64,000 nucleotides of DNA from an uncultured virus (IMG/VR IMGVR_UViG_3300033073_001410) (taxonomy: Duplodnaviria; Heunggongvirae; Uroviricota; Caudoviricetes), in IMG/VR virus record IMGVR_UViG_3300033073_001410, positions 1-64,000 of that record. One strand, given 5' to 3'. The first letter of the stretch is position 1, and every line of letters starts with the position of its first letter. The notes under the pieces are model-generated. The model saw only the letters and a list, made by a program, of their open reading frames with translations. It did no database searches and was not told where the DNA came from. Of the stretch, positions 22,289 through 32,047 are shown in pieces. Made by a program: the position numbers and the translations under genes.

Positions 22289-23122
22289 ATGGAAAGAATT
22301 AAAAAAGCTTTAAATCTTATTACGTCTAGAGGATTTATGGTGGTCGTCATAGCTATCTTGATTATGCTATTTCTTAAGCAGTGTGGAGCTACGAGAAATG
22401 CAGAGGCGGAAGCAAAGAGAGAGCACAACAATTATTTAGCTTCAATAGATTCAGTGAGAACTATTAAAAAGGAAAGAGATCATGCAATATATGAAAAATC
22501 AGCTTTTCAATTGAGAGTTGATGAACTAACTGAGGAGCAGAAAGAGATTATAGAAAAATTGGATCTCAATACTAACGGTAGAGGTAATACGCCAAGAACT
22601 GTAATTCAATATGTTGTTCAATATAAAGAAGTAGTTAAAAATATACCATCTACCGTGGAGAAAGATCCTAACGGAGGTGAATCTATAGCTTTCACTCATA
22701 ACCCAGAATTAAAAGGTAAGAATAAATTTAAAATCTCGGGTAAAGTACCTTATACTGTAGAGATATTAAAGGATTCTACCGATTCTACCAAATATTTTGC
22801 TGAGATTACACCAGGAGGAACAACGTTGGACATTGAGCAAAATATAGATCTAGTTACTGGAATTTATATGGATCCTAAAAGCAAAAGGATAATGACCAGA
22901 GTGAGTACTACATTTCCTGGATTAACTTTTAGTGAAATAAATTCTTTTGACATCACAGACAGTCCGGAAACCAGATCTTTAATGAAAGCTGCTAGAAAGG
23001 AGTTTGGTCTGGGTATAAATCTGGGATATGGTTTAGGATTCGGCTCCAAGGGAATTAATCCAGGAGTTTATGTTGGTATAGGACTTCACTACTCCCCTAA
23101 ATTTTTACAATTCGGAAAATAA
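22289..23122 (+). CDS. Membrane-anchored coiled-coil protein, possible spanin-like lysis protein
   Basis: N-terminal TM helix (FMVVVIAILIMLFL), coiled coil, C-terminal amphipathic Gly/aromatic strands FGLGINLGYG..GVYVGIGLHY. Confidence 0.45.
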   Translation: MERIKKALNLITSRGFMVVVIAILIMLFLKQCGATRNAEAEAKREHNNYLASIDSVRTIKKERDHAIYEKSAFQLRVDELTEEQKEIIEKLDLNTNGRGNTPRTVIQYVVQYKEVVKNIPSTVEKDPNGGESIAFTHNPELKGKNKFKISGKVPYTVEILKDSTDSTKYFAEITPGGTTLDIEQNIDLVTGIYMDPKSKRIMTRVSTTFPGLTFSEINSFDITDSPETRSLMKAARKEFGLGINLGYGLGFGSKGINPGVYVGIGLHYSPKFLQFGK

Positions 23123-23130
23123 ATTAGAAA

Positions 23131-25449
23131 ATGGCATTTACTACGACGTCTAAATTTGTTCAGATTACTCCATATCTTTTAATGGAGTATATGTATGCCG
23201 ATGAGCCTACACCAGAATCATATTTTGTGAATACTGGTTCTACCACGGTGGGTTATGAAAAACTTGTGAATGGATATTTTAATAATGATGTACAGGTTTT
23301 TAATCCAGGGGTTGATTATTCTATCACAAAGAACACTGCGGATGACAGCGTGGTTAGAATAGGTGAAAGTTCTTTCGTAACACTAGATGCCAATTTAATA
23401 ATACCATTTAACGATTACAGCGACGAGTTAACAAACACTGTTGATCTGCCAATCACGTTTCCTTCGAATCTTTTAGTTGTATATGATTCAGTTAGATATC
23501 ACATCAGAGCTGGTTATAATCTGAATAATATTGATGGTCTTATCATGTCGATTGAATACCAGGATCAGGATAGATCTTACGTCACTGTTTCCCAAATCGT
23601 CATTAAAAAAGGAACTCAGCAATTCTATACTTTAAATCCTAGTCCTATAAATATTGGAGCTAATATCTATGACAAATATTTTGAGATAAAAATTCCAAAT
23701 CTAAAAGATATGGGAGATAAGTATTTGGCTGCATCTTCAACATTTAAACCGCAAACCCTTGCATCACTGATTAGTAAAAGTGGTAATGGATTTGTTTATG
23801 GAGCTCCTCTCAGAATTACCGCTTGGCAAATCCAAAATACCGTGGATTTTAATGGCTACGAAAGATACAATACTGCTAGAGTAGCTACTTTATCTTTAGA
23901 ACAGGAGGATCCATTCTCCAATATAGGAGCAACAATAAAGGAATCCGATCAGGGTCAGTTTTTTGAATATTATGCCACCGACAATGAAGGGTTTATCGAG
24001 GACTTTATTCTATTTCAAAACTCTATAGGGAATGGTTATTATATAAGTCACGAAATTGAGGTATTGGAACAGATAGGTGCTGCACTAATCCAGACTTCAC
24101 AGTTTCAATCAATTCAAACTACTGCATACGATACACCTAATTACTATAGACCAATCGTAAGGAATGCTGGTGTTGCTGTAAGCTTTATGCTCAGATATAC
24201 TATGTCTCTAGTAAATAGCGTGGATCAGTCAAGAGTAACAAGAATATCTACCTACACCTCAAATAATCCCTCGCAGTGGGGAACGACGATAACACCATTA
24301 CAGTTAAGCAATTTCCCACAGGTACAGAAAATATACAATAGAGTATATTCTCAGCCTCAGATCAATGTTTCAGGAGGTCAAGGTTCACCTAAAGCCAAGG
24401 AGATAGTTAAATACGTGAATATCTTTGTAGATCAAAATTTCGTTACAGCTAGTTTTAGTAATCTCAAGTTTGTTAATGCACAATTAAGCTCAGAGAAAGG
24501 AGCGGGAGAAACGATAGCATATGGAACTGGTAAATTGACAGTTGCAATATCCCCGTTTGATAACTTTTATAAATTCTCTTTCGTTAAAAGTGGACCATCA
24601 GGAGATCCGCTTCAAATAGATCTAAGTAACTCCGGGAAATTTAATATTTCATTTGTAAATGCTAAGGGAAATAAGATACAGGTTCCAGCTCTTGACGATA
24701 AGAATTTGGCTGATCCAGTTAAGGGTGAGCTTGCATTTAAAATCGACGAGTCTATTTCTACACAAATCCTACAGCTTACTGATAGAAGATTCTTTATTAC
24801 AAATGGAACTAGTGTAAGCCAAGAAACCACATCAGTGGTTGATAAGAATACTCTTAAGATAAGACCTGTTTCTAAGAATGCTTTAGAAAACACAATCCAA
24901 AGCGTAGTTGAATCTAGAAGAGCACAAGCTAATTCAATCAAAGGTTCAAATACATCGGTAACACCTTCTGCAAATAGCGTAATTGGGTCAGTCAACAACA
25001 CCAATTCAGTAATGTACTGGGGATATTGGAAAAAAGAGGGTGAGCAGGATTTTGCAACTGGAGCAACCGGGGCAACATCTATTGCTACAACTACATCCGG
25101 GACTAGTGGAATTGGATTTGTCGGAAGCCTGGAATCACCATCTACTCCTTCTGTTAGAAGTATAAAACCAGCTGCTGGAGTTACCGGATCTGCTCCTAGT
25201 GCATCTTCGTCATCGGGAGGGCAAACTAACCAAACTTTAACCGGATCTACTCTTATAGCAGCACTGAGCGCTGAAATGGCAGGTTATAAAGCTATTGGAT
25301 GGAGTGATACCAGCATAGTAGATTATTTCCTTACACCAGGTAAGCCGGGAAGAATTAAATATCCTAATATCACCACAGCCGATGTTATAAAAGCCGGTAA
25401 TGGTATATTGGCTCCTGGAACAATAGCTAATTTAAACTCTAGACCATAA
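23131..25449 (+). CDS. Putative virion structural protein
   Basis: 772 aa; beta-rich body with low-complexity S/T/G tail; operon context. Confidence 0.5.
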   Translation: MAFTTTSKFVQITPYLLMEYMYADEPTPESYFVNTGSTTVGYEKLVNGYFNNDVQVFNPGVDYSITKNTADDSVVRIGESSFVTLDANLIIPFNDYSDELTNTVDLPITFPSNLLVVYDSVRYHIRAGYNLNNIDGLIMSIEYQDQDRSYVTVSQIVIKKGTQQFYTLNPSPINIGANIYDKYFEIKIPNLKDMGDKYLAASSTFKPQTLASLISKSGNGFVYGAPLRITAWQIQNTVDFNGYERYNTARVATLSLEQEDPFSNIGATIKESDQGQFFEYYATDNEGFIEDFILFQNSIGNGYYISHEIEVLEQIGAALIQTSQFQSIQTTAYDTPNYYRPIVRNAGVAVSFMLRYTMSLVNSVDQSRVTRISTYTSNNPSQWGTTITPLQLSNFPQVQKIYNRVYSQPQINVSGGQGSPKAKEIVKYVNIFVDQNFVTASFSNLKFVNAQLSSEKGAGETIAYGTGKLTVAISPFDNFYKFSFVKSGPSGDPLQIDLSNSGKFNISFVNAKGNKIQVPALDDKNLADPVKGELAFKIDESISTQILQLTDRRFFITNGTSVSQETTSVVDKNTLKIRPVSKNALENTIQSVVESRRAQANSIKGSNTSVTPSANSVIGSVNNTNSVMYWGYWKKEGEQDFATGATGATSIATTTSGTSGIGFVGSLESPSTPSVRSIKPAAGVTGSAPSASSSSGGQTNQTLTGSTLIAALSAEMAGYKAIGWSDTSIVDYFLTPGKPGRIKYPNITTADVIKAGNGILAPGTIANLNSRP

Positions 25450-25450
25450 T

Positions 25451-25999
25451 ATGTTACTTAATCCGAAACAGAATAGTTTTTTCTTCCAATTTCCTAAAGG
25501 ATTCTTTCCTGAGATAGTTGTTGAAAAATATATGCCTTATCTTAAGAAGCAGCCTATTCCATTCGATTCATTATCATCTTATGTGAATAGCACAATTCAA
25601 ACTATAACATTTCCTGGATTACAGATAGATTCAGTAGAGCAGGTTAGACCATTAGGAAAAAAGATTACATATAGAGGATCCACTCCAATACAGGATCTCT
25701 TCAGTAAGGATTTGAACATCCAATTCCGATTAGTTGATGGATTCATTAATTACTTTATCTTATTGGATACACTACTCTGGTATATAAGTTTTGCACAGGA
25801 GCAAGTTTTTATACAGGATCTACCTCTTAGAATACTGGACAGTGAGGGAAATGTAGTTGTATCTGCAACTTTCCAGAAAGCTATTTTCACCTCTTTTTCT
25901 GAACTTCAGTTTGCATACACCTCTAACGCAGCTCAGGATGCTAATTTTAGCATGGGCTTTAAGTTCAACTACTTAGATATAAAATTAGAATCTAAGTAA
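25451..25999 (+). CDS. Tail tube / tail completion (T4 gp3/gp19-fold-like) protein
   Basis: IQTITFPGLQI..DLNIQFRL..FSELQF..FSMGFKF pattern and size typical of tail-tube-fold proteins. Confidence 0.5.
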   Translation: MLLNPKQNSFFFQFPKGFFPEIVVEKYMPYLKKQPIPFDSLSSYVNSTIQTITFPGLQIDSVEQVRPLGKKITYRGSTPIQDLFSKDLNIQFRLVDGFINYFILLDTLLWYISFAQEQVFIQDLPLRILDSEGNVVVSATFQKAIFTSFSELQFAYTSNAAQDANFSMGFKFNYLDIKLESK

Positions 26000-26007
26000 G
26001 ATATATA
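26000..26007 (+). promoter_or_regulatory. Putative late promoter GATATATA
   Basis: Recurrent octamer 18 nt upstream of 26026. Confidence 0.55.
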
Positions 26008-26025
26008 GATCAAATAAGGAAAGAA

Positions 26026-26265
26026 ATGAAAAAATATTCAGAAGCGCAGGAACTAAATGAGATGAAATACGGACAACCTCTTTTCACTGAGAAAGATCGT
26101 ATGAAAGATCTATTGGTAGCAGCATCAGGTAACGATCAAAGAGTTTTGAATGATATAGTTAACTGTTTAACCGACGAGCAAATGAAGAAATGCTACGATA
26201 AACTTTCTAAAGTTTATGGTTACACAGGTAGCACTGGTCAAAAAGTAGTTCCACCTAGCCTATAA
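26026..26265 (+). CDS. Small hypothetical protein with CTS-like leader
   Basis: MKKYSEAQELNE N-terminus; late-type promoter upstream. Confidence 0.6.
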   Translation: MKKYSEAQELNEMKYGQPLFTEKDRMKDLLVAASGNDQRVLNDIVNCLTDEQMKKCYDKLSKVYGYTGSTGQKVVPPSL

Positions 26266-26271
26266 TTTTTA

Positions 26272-26982
26272 ATGAACCTAGTAGGTATAGATTTTTCAAT
26301 CAATTCCCCGGCATTTTGTTGCTTTAAGAATGGTGTTTACACGTGGGGATCTGTAACCAGATCCGATCGGTCTAAAGAATCACTCTTAAAAAATACCAAG
26401 AAACCTTATCATTGGCTAGATGCTGATGATAATTTTATTTTGGACTTTATCGACAAGGAGGATCTCCCATCAGACTACAGTGAGAGAGAAAGAATGAAAA
26501 TAGTGTACTTTTTAAGCGTTGTAGACAGCCTTTGGGATTCTATCAAGGGTGTAATGGGTAATTCACATTTTAGTGTCGCTATGGAGGGTTTAAGCTTCTC
26601 CTCGAATGGTAATGCGCTCATAGACATATCTATGGCTACGGCTTTATTAAGAGAACGAATAATTAAAGAAATAGGGGTCGAATCATTTTATGTTTTCTCC
26701 CCAACCAGCATAAAAAAGTTTGCATTAAAAGGTAATGCAAAAAAAGATGAGCTTTATGAAGCTCTATGTAATTTTAAGGAAGACGAAACAAATTTAGGAG
26801 TATTTACTAGAATGTTAGTATCTAACAAAGAGGAATGGATAACAAAGGCCAAGCAGGTCAACAAACCCATTGATGATATTGTGGATGCAACTTGGATTAA
26901 TTTGTATTTAAAAAAGGAATTAGAGGGAATTTATGGAATTAAGGGAAATCTTGAAAGTGAAACAGCTACTACGCCGATCTGA
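26272..26982 (+). CDS. RuvC-like (RNase H fold) Holliday junction resolvase
   Basis: VGIDFS, AMEG, PTSIKKFA..GNAKKDEL, DDIVDA motifs. Confidence 0.75.
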   Translation: MNLVGIDFSINSPAFCCFKNGVYTWGSVTRSDRSKESLLKNTKKPYHWLDADDNFILDFIDKEDLPSDYSERERMKIVYFLSVVDSLWDSIKGVMGNSHFSVAMEGLSFSSNGNALIDISMATALLRERIIKEIGVESFYVFSPTSIKKFALKGNAKKDELYEALCNFKEDETNLGVFTRMLVSNKEEWITKAKQVNKPIDDIVDATWINLYLKKELEGIYGIKGNLESETATTPI

Positions 26983-27142
26983 TAGCAATTGGATCGCTCT
27001 CATAAATAAAAAATCACAAAACATAATCAACTTTAGGGCCGGACCATAAATCCGATCCAATTTTCTGTGGGTTATCCGATAGCCATAAAAATCGGAACAA
27101 AAAGAAAAATTTGAATAAAAACTAAAATTAATTTAAAAAACA

Positions 27143-28117
27143 ATGAGCAATTTAGACATTTTTAATTTGGACGCAGAGTCTTTCGTAACAAAGACCAACC
27201 AAGCAGGAGGATCAAAAGATCTTGAATTTTACAAACCTTATCCAGAGGATGGGAAGGATGGAGTTTATAAATCTCTAATCAGATTTGTACCTAACCCAGA
27301 AAATCCAGCTAAATCAAAGATCCACAAATACTATGTGTATTTGAATGATCCAGTAAGCGGAAACGGATTTGCAGTTGACTGTCCATCCACGGTGGGCAAG
27401 AAATCAATTCTTAAGGATCTTTTCTGGAAATTGAAGAATTCGCATTCTGCAGCAGATCAGGAATTGGCAAAAGCATTCTCGAGAAAAGAGGATTTTTATT
27501 CTCTAGTTCAGATCGTACAGGATAAAAATAATCCAGATTTAGAGGGTAAGATCATGATTTTCAAATTCGGTAAGAAAATCAATGAAATGATCGAAGCTCA
27601 GCTTCAGCCTGAGTATGGTGATGCTTGCAATCCTTTCGACTTATTTGAGGGAAGAGAATTTGCTATTAGCGTTAGAAAAGTTGGTGAGTGGAACAACTAC
27701 GATTTATGTTCATTCGTAGGTGAGAGAACACCAATTAAGATTGAGGGTACACCGATGAAGAAGTCACAAGAGGATATGAACAAAATTCTCGAGTATCTAA
27801 ACAGTGGACCTAGAAACTTATCATCTTTTGATTACAAAGATTGGGACGATGAGGTAAACGAGAAAGTAATGGCTGTAATCAGAAATACAGTTCCTGAGCA
27901 AAGAATCGTGAACGAGATAGTAGGTGGAGTATCATCTGCTCCTTCTAAGCCAAATCCGGTTCAACAACCTAGCTACTCTGCTCCTTCATCATCTTCTCAG
28001 ATGCTAGAGGAAGTATCTAATACTAAGGTAGGTGGACAGACTCCAAGAGAAACCCCAGTAGAAACTCCATCTTCTTCTGCTGGATCTTCATTAGATGATC
28101 TTTACGCAGATCTATAA
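27143..28117 (+). CDS. Single-stranded DNA-binding protein (T4 gp32-like)
   Basis: LIRFVP, DCPST, GKIMIFKFGKKI, NPFDLFEG, WNNYD; acidic tail SSLDDLYADL. Confidence 0.85.
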   Translation: MSNLDIFNLDAESFVTKTNQAGGSKDLEFYKPYPEDGKDGVYKSLIRFVPNPENPAKSKIHKYYVYLNDPVSGNGFAVDCPSTVGKKSILKDLFWKLKNSHSAADQELAKAFSRKEDFYSLVQIVQDKNNPDLEGKIMIFKFGKKINEMIEAQLQPEYGDACNPFDLFEGREFAISVRKVGEWNNYDLCSFVGERTPIKIEGTPMKKSQEDMNKILEYLNSGPRNLSSFDYKDWDDEVNEKVMAVIRNTVPEQRIVNEIVGGVSSAPSKPNPVQQPSYSAPSSSSQMLEEVSNTKVGGQTPRETPVETPSSSAGSSLDDLYADL

Positions 28118-28129
28118 TAAAAACATAAC

Positions 28130-28163
28130 ATGGGGACTATTCATAGACTAGTCCCCATTTTTT
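28130..28163 (+). terminator. Rho-independent terminator
   Basis: ATGGGGACTA/TAGTCCCCAT stem followed by T-run after SSB. Confidence 0.8.
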
Positions 28164-28170
28164 ATCCCCT

Positions 28171-29235
28171 ATGGACACTTTAAAAGTAGAATCATTAGTT
28201 AGGGAAGTACTGGTTAGACAATTTCCAGGAAATCCAGGAAAGCAGATAGTTTATCGAGGAGGAAATCGATTAAACATCTCGTGTCCATATTGTGGGGATT
28301 CTAATGATTCGAGAAAGAAAAGAGGAAATTTCTATCTAGATACATTAGCATATAAGTGCTATAATGGAGGATGTGGAATATTTAAGGATTCTATTAGTTT
28401 CTTTAAAGATTTTTCTGTTTATAACAAGCTATCAGGACAGGAAAGGACAGAAATAAAATCAATCCTGGACGAAAACAGAGGAAAAAGAAAGAGCATCTAC
28501 GGAAAAATAGATATCTCATTATTTTTCCAGAACGATATTAATGAGATCACGATCAGCAGATCTGATTTCATGGCAAAATTGGGTCTTCAGAACGTATTCG
28601 GCTCACCGATACAGAGATACATTCAGAGAAGACATCAGAAGATGGATAACAGGTTCGCTTGGGATCCAAAAAGAGAGAAGCTATATCTCTTTAATCTTAC
28701 CCCCGATGATAAGATATTGGGATTGCAGGTAAGAAATATGCAATCAGTTAAGGGAAGTTCTAAATATCTTACCTACAAGTTGAGTGGGATATACGAGAAA
28801 CTTCTGAGGGTAACTGACGAGGATACTTTAAATAAAGCCAGAGAGGTAGATCCAATATCTCATGTGTTTAATATAGGAACTCTGGATTTCAGTTTTCCTA
28901 TTACCGTTTTCGAAGGACCTATGGATTCTTGGTTTTGGAATAATTCGGTAGGATTATGCTCTATAGAAAACAAATTTCCATTTGAAGTAGATGGTATCAG
29001 ATATTGGTATGACTGGGATAAAGCTGGCATAGAAAAAAGTATGGATCTATTAAGTAAAGGCTTTATCGTTTTTAACTGGGGAAAATTCCTGGAAGAGAAT
29101 GACATAACTAAAAACAGAAAATGGGATCTGAATGATCTGGTTATTCATCTCAGATCTACTGGGAAGAAAATAAAGAGACTGGATGGATATTTTACTGATG
29201 ATGTATTAGATCTAAGATATTTTATCAATGAGTGA
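28171..29235 (+). CDS. DNA primase (T4 gp61-like)
   Basis: Zn finger CPYCGDS..YKCYNGGC; Toprim VFEGPMDS and YDWD; C-terminal DLNDL. Confidence 0.85.
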   Translation: MDTLKVESLVREVLVRQFPGNPGKQIVYRGGNRLNISCPYCGDSNDSRKKRGNFYLDTLAYKCYNGGCGIFKDSISFFKDFSVYNKLSGQERTEIKSILDENRGKRKSIYGKIDISLFFQNDINEITISRSDFMAKLGLQNVFGSPIQRYIQRRHQKMDNRFAWDPKREKLYLFNLTPDDKILGLQVRNMQSVKGSSKYLTYKLSGIYEKLLRVTDEDTLNKAREVDPISHVFNIGTLDFSFPITVFEGPMDSWFWNNSVGLCSIENKFPFEVDGIRYWYDWDKAGIEKSMDLLSKGFIVFNWGKFLEENDITKNRKWDLNDLVIHLRSTGKKIKRLDGYFTDDVLDLRYFINE

Positions 29236-29470
29236 GGAAGAAATAAATAGCAAAATAGAGGAATGGGAATCTGGATTAAGTGGAGCGCTTCAGCCTAAAC
29301 TAAAGTACCCGATTAAAATAGTGGGATCAGATCTCTTAAAAGTAAATACTGAATTTCTCGAACCGAACATAGATCCGCCCAAGGAAAAAATTAAAAAGCA
29401 ATCACCTCATTCAGCAAAAGTGGTGGATATATCAAATAGGAAAAAAAATAATAAGAAAAAACTATTCTAA
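29228..29470 (+). CDS. Hypothetical protein
   Basis: 80 aa; overlaps the primase stop and the next start. Confidence 0.55.
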   Translation: MSEEEINSKIEEWESGLSGALQPKLKYPIKIVGSDLLKVNTEFLEPNIDPPKEKIKKQSPHSAKVVDISNRKKNNKKKLF

Positions 29471-29916
29471 TGTCAAATACAGATAAAACTGATTTTAATA
29501 AGATATTCGAGCAAGAAAGATCTGAGTGGAAAGAGAGAATACAAGTTCTAGCTATAGAGATGAAGGACATTAAAACTTTGGCCAAAGCACAAGTTGATCT
29601 TTTTAGTCAAAGACAGGTATTATTGGAGTACAGCTATAAGCTAGCTTCAATCGTTTCCAAGCTAAATTCGAAATATAGGACTGAAAAATCAAGAAAACTG
29701 AAGGATTATTCGGAAAGAAGTGATGTCAGATACGGAGCGAACGAGAAAACTGTTTTGATCGAGGGAGACATTAGTGAAATAACAGAAAAAATAGAACTAG
29801 TGGAGGGTCACAGAAAGTTTATGGATCAAACTGTACAAACTATTGACCATATGCTTTATGGAATAAAATCGAGGATAGCTCTAGAAGAGTATCTGAGAGG
29901 ATCCACAGTGAAATAA
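29470..29916 (+). CDS. UvsY-like recombination mediator
   Basis: Helical 148 aa protein directly upstream of UvsW; pattern EKTVLIEGD..I..KIE...TIDHM.YGIK. Confidence 0.6.
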   Translation: MSNTDKTDFNKIFEQERSEWKERIQVLAIEMKDIKTLAKAQVDLFSQRQVLLEYSYKLASIVSKLNSKYRTEKSRKLKDYSERSDVRYGANEKTVLIEGDISEITEKIELVEGHRKFMDQTVQTIDHMLYGIKSRIALEEYLRGSTVK

Positions 29917-29925
29917 GATAACGAT

Positions 29926-31464
29926 ATGCTAAAATTTCAAGTTTCGGAGGATCATCAGTGGATGATATTAGTGGAAGCGCTTGATGAGGTAGAGAAGAAA
30001 CAAATAGACATTTCTCTAACACAGAAAATACACAACTTCTACTTCCATCCTCTGGTTAAGAAAAAAATATGGGACGGGAGCATCTGCTTTATAGAAAAAA
30101 AAGGAGGCTTATGGAAAGTTCCAATTGGACTCTGGAGAGAAGTTCTAGAGATAGGTGAAAAGTACCAGATAGAGATTACCATAAAAGGTCTAGAGGATAT
30201 TATAATAAACAGCATCACTCTGGAGGACTTTACTGAGTGGGTTAATAATTTTTTCAAGGACGGTGTAGGTGGAGATCCTAATAAAAAGCCAAGAGATTAT
30301 CAGATAGAGACCGCATGGAAAATAATAAGATACAGATATTCGGTTTCTGAGGTTGCTACCTCATCAGGTAAAACTCTAATATCTTTTATGATTTTTGCTT
30401 ATCTCAAATCAAAGGGATTAATCAGGAAGTTTTTGATGATTGTTCCTAACACCAATCTAGTATTCCAGGGAAGCGATGATTTTATTGATTATGGTCTAGA
30501 GAAGCTCGATGTTAGGATTCAGCAAATAGGAGGTGGTAGCAAAATAAGAGAGGGATGTGATTTAATTATAGGAACATTCCAATCTTTAGTTAAGCAGGAT
30601 TCTGATTTTTATGATGGTGTAGATGCTGTATTTGTTGACGAAGCACACCACACTAACAGTATGTCTATTAAAAAAATAGTTGCCCATTGTATGCAATCTA
30701 AATGGAGATTTGGACTAACTGGAACCCTAACAAAAAAAGGCACAGCTGACTATTTAACAATCCAGCAATTTTTGGGACCTTTGGTTGTTGAGATTCCACC
30801 GAGCTATCTTTTTGATAACAATTATGCTACGCCGGTATCAATTCGTGTCATTATTATGGATTGGCTGGAACCTGAGTACAAGCACAAATTAGCAGAATTA
30901 AAGACAAACTCTAACAACATAGAGGGAAATGAAATCTACAATATAGAAAGAAAGCTAGTTGTAGAGAGTAAAAAAAGACTAAATTATGTTGTTGATTTTA
31001 TTAGGAGAGGATCTAAAAATTCATTAGTTCTTTTTCAGTCAGTTAAAGATGAGTACGGGAAGCAAATATGGAATTTAATAAGGGAGAAAAGTAGCGATAA
31101 AGAGGTCTTTTATGTCGACGGAGACACCAGCGAAAATCTGAGGGAAGAATACAAAGCAAGAATGTCTTCGGGTGAAAATAAGGTCCTAGTTGCAACATAC
31201 GGTACTTTTTCCACCGGTATTTCAATTAACAACATACATAATATCTTTCTGGTAGAATCGTATAAGAGTGAGATTCTCATAAAGCAAAGCTTAGGTAGGG
31301 GGATGAGAAAAATGGACGGCAAGGACAAAGTTAATGTCATTGATTTCGTTGATGATTTTTCCACCGGAAAGTACCAAAACTACCTACTTAAGCACAGCAA
31401 AGAAAGGATAGAGATTTATAAGAAAGAATTCTTTGAATATAAAATATACAATGTAAAACTCTAA
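29926..31464 (+). CDS. uvsW: UvsW-like superfamily 2 DNA helicase
   Basis: WDG.I, PRDYQ, ATSSGKT, DEAH, GLTGT, STGISI, QSLGRGMR. Confidence 0.9.
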   Translation: MLKFQVSEDHQWMILVEALDEVEKKQIDISLTQKIHNFYFHPLVKKKIWDGSICFIEKKGGLWKVPIGLWREVLEIGEKYQIEITIKGLEDIIINSITLEDFTEWVNNFFKDGVGGDPNKKPRDYQIETAWKIIRYRYSVSEVATSSGKTLISFMIFAYLKSKGLIRKFLMIVPNTNLVFQGSDDFIDYGLEKLDVRIQQIGGGSKIREGCDLIIGTFQSLVKQDSDFYDGVDAVFVDEAHHTNSMSIKKIVAHCMQSKWRFGLTGTLTKKGTADYLTIQQFLGPLVVEIPPSYLFDNNYATPVSIRVIIMDWLEPEYKHKLAELKTNSNNIEGNEIYNIERKLVVESKKRLNYVVDFIRRGSKNSLVLFQSVKDEYGKQIWNLIREKSSDKEVFYVDGDTSENLREEYKARMSSGENKVLVATYGTFSTGISINNIHNIFLVESYKSEILIKQSLGRGMRKMDGKDKVNVIDFVDDFSTGKYQNYLLKHSKERIEIYKKEFFEYKIYNVKL

Positions 31465-31475
31465 TTTAGTTTGGG

Positions 31476-31483
31476 GATATATA
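31476..31483 (+). promoter_or_regulatory. Putative late promoter GATATATA
   Basis: Recurrent intergenic octamer. Confidence 0.55.
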
Positions 31484-31501
31484 CATAAAAAGTTTTTTGT
31501 G

Positions 31502-32047
31502 ATGAGAATTAAAAAGTTTGACACTTTTGTATCGGAGAATTTAAACGAGGATGTTTCCCAATATAAAGGAAAGACCACATTTAGTAAGTGGCTTAGAGCC
31601 ATAGATGACCGGATTAAAACCGATGTGAATGACGCATCTTTCTATTCACGATATTCTGATCCTAGGACCGATAAATACGTTTCTGCAAATAAAGCTGCGG
31701 CTCTAATTCCTGGAGCATTTAGGCTTATTGCTGGAGCAGGTGCAGCGGTGGCTGATTTCTTTTCCAAAGGTGACAATAAAGACACAGTTTCTAAATATTC
31801 TAAAGAGGATCTAGCATCTAAAAAAGACGAGATTGTGAAAAAATGGGAGGAAGAGAATATAAAATCCGATTCTACCGAGGCAGACGCTGAAAAGTTCTAC
31901 AAATCAGGTGTACTAAAGGGTAAAAAGTTCTTTGGCCCTGAATACGATCCAGTAAAACCTAAAAACAAAGAGGAAGAGATCTATACCGATTACATAAATG
32001 ATGTAATGGAAAGGTACTATAAAAGAACATCGAAGCATGCCAGATAA
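31502..32047 (+). CDS. Hypothetical protein with CTS-like leader
   Basis: MRIKKFDTFVSENLNE N-terminus (ATG at 31502). Confidence 0.6.
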   Translation: MRIKKFDTFVSENLNEDVSQYKGKTTFSKWLRAIDDRIKTDVNDASFYSRYSDPRTDKYVSANKAAALIPGAFRLIAGAGAAVADFFSKGDNKDTVSKYSKEDLASKKDEIVKKWEEENIKSDSTEADAEKFYKSGVLKGKKFFGPEYDPVKPKNKEEEIYTDYINDVMERYYKRTSKHAR

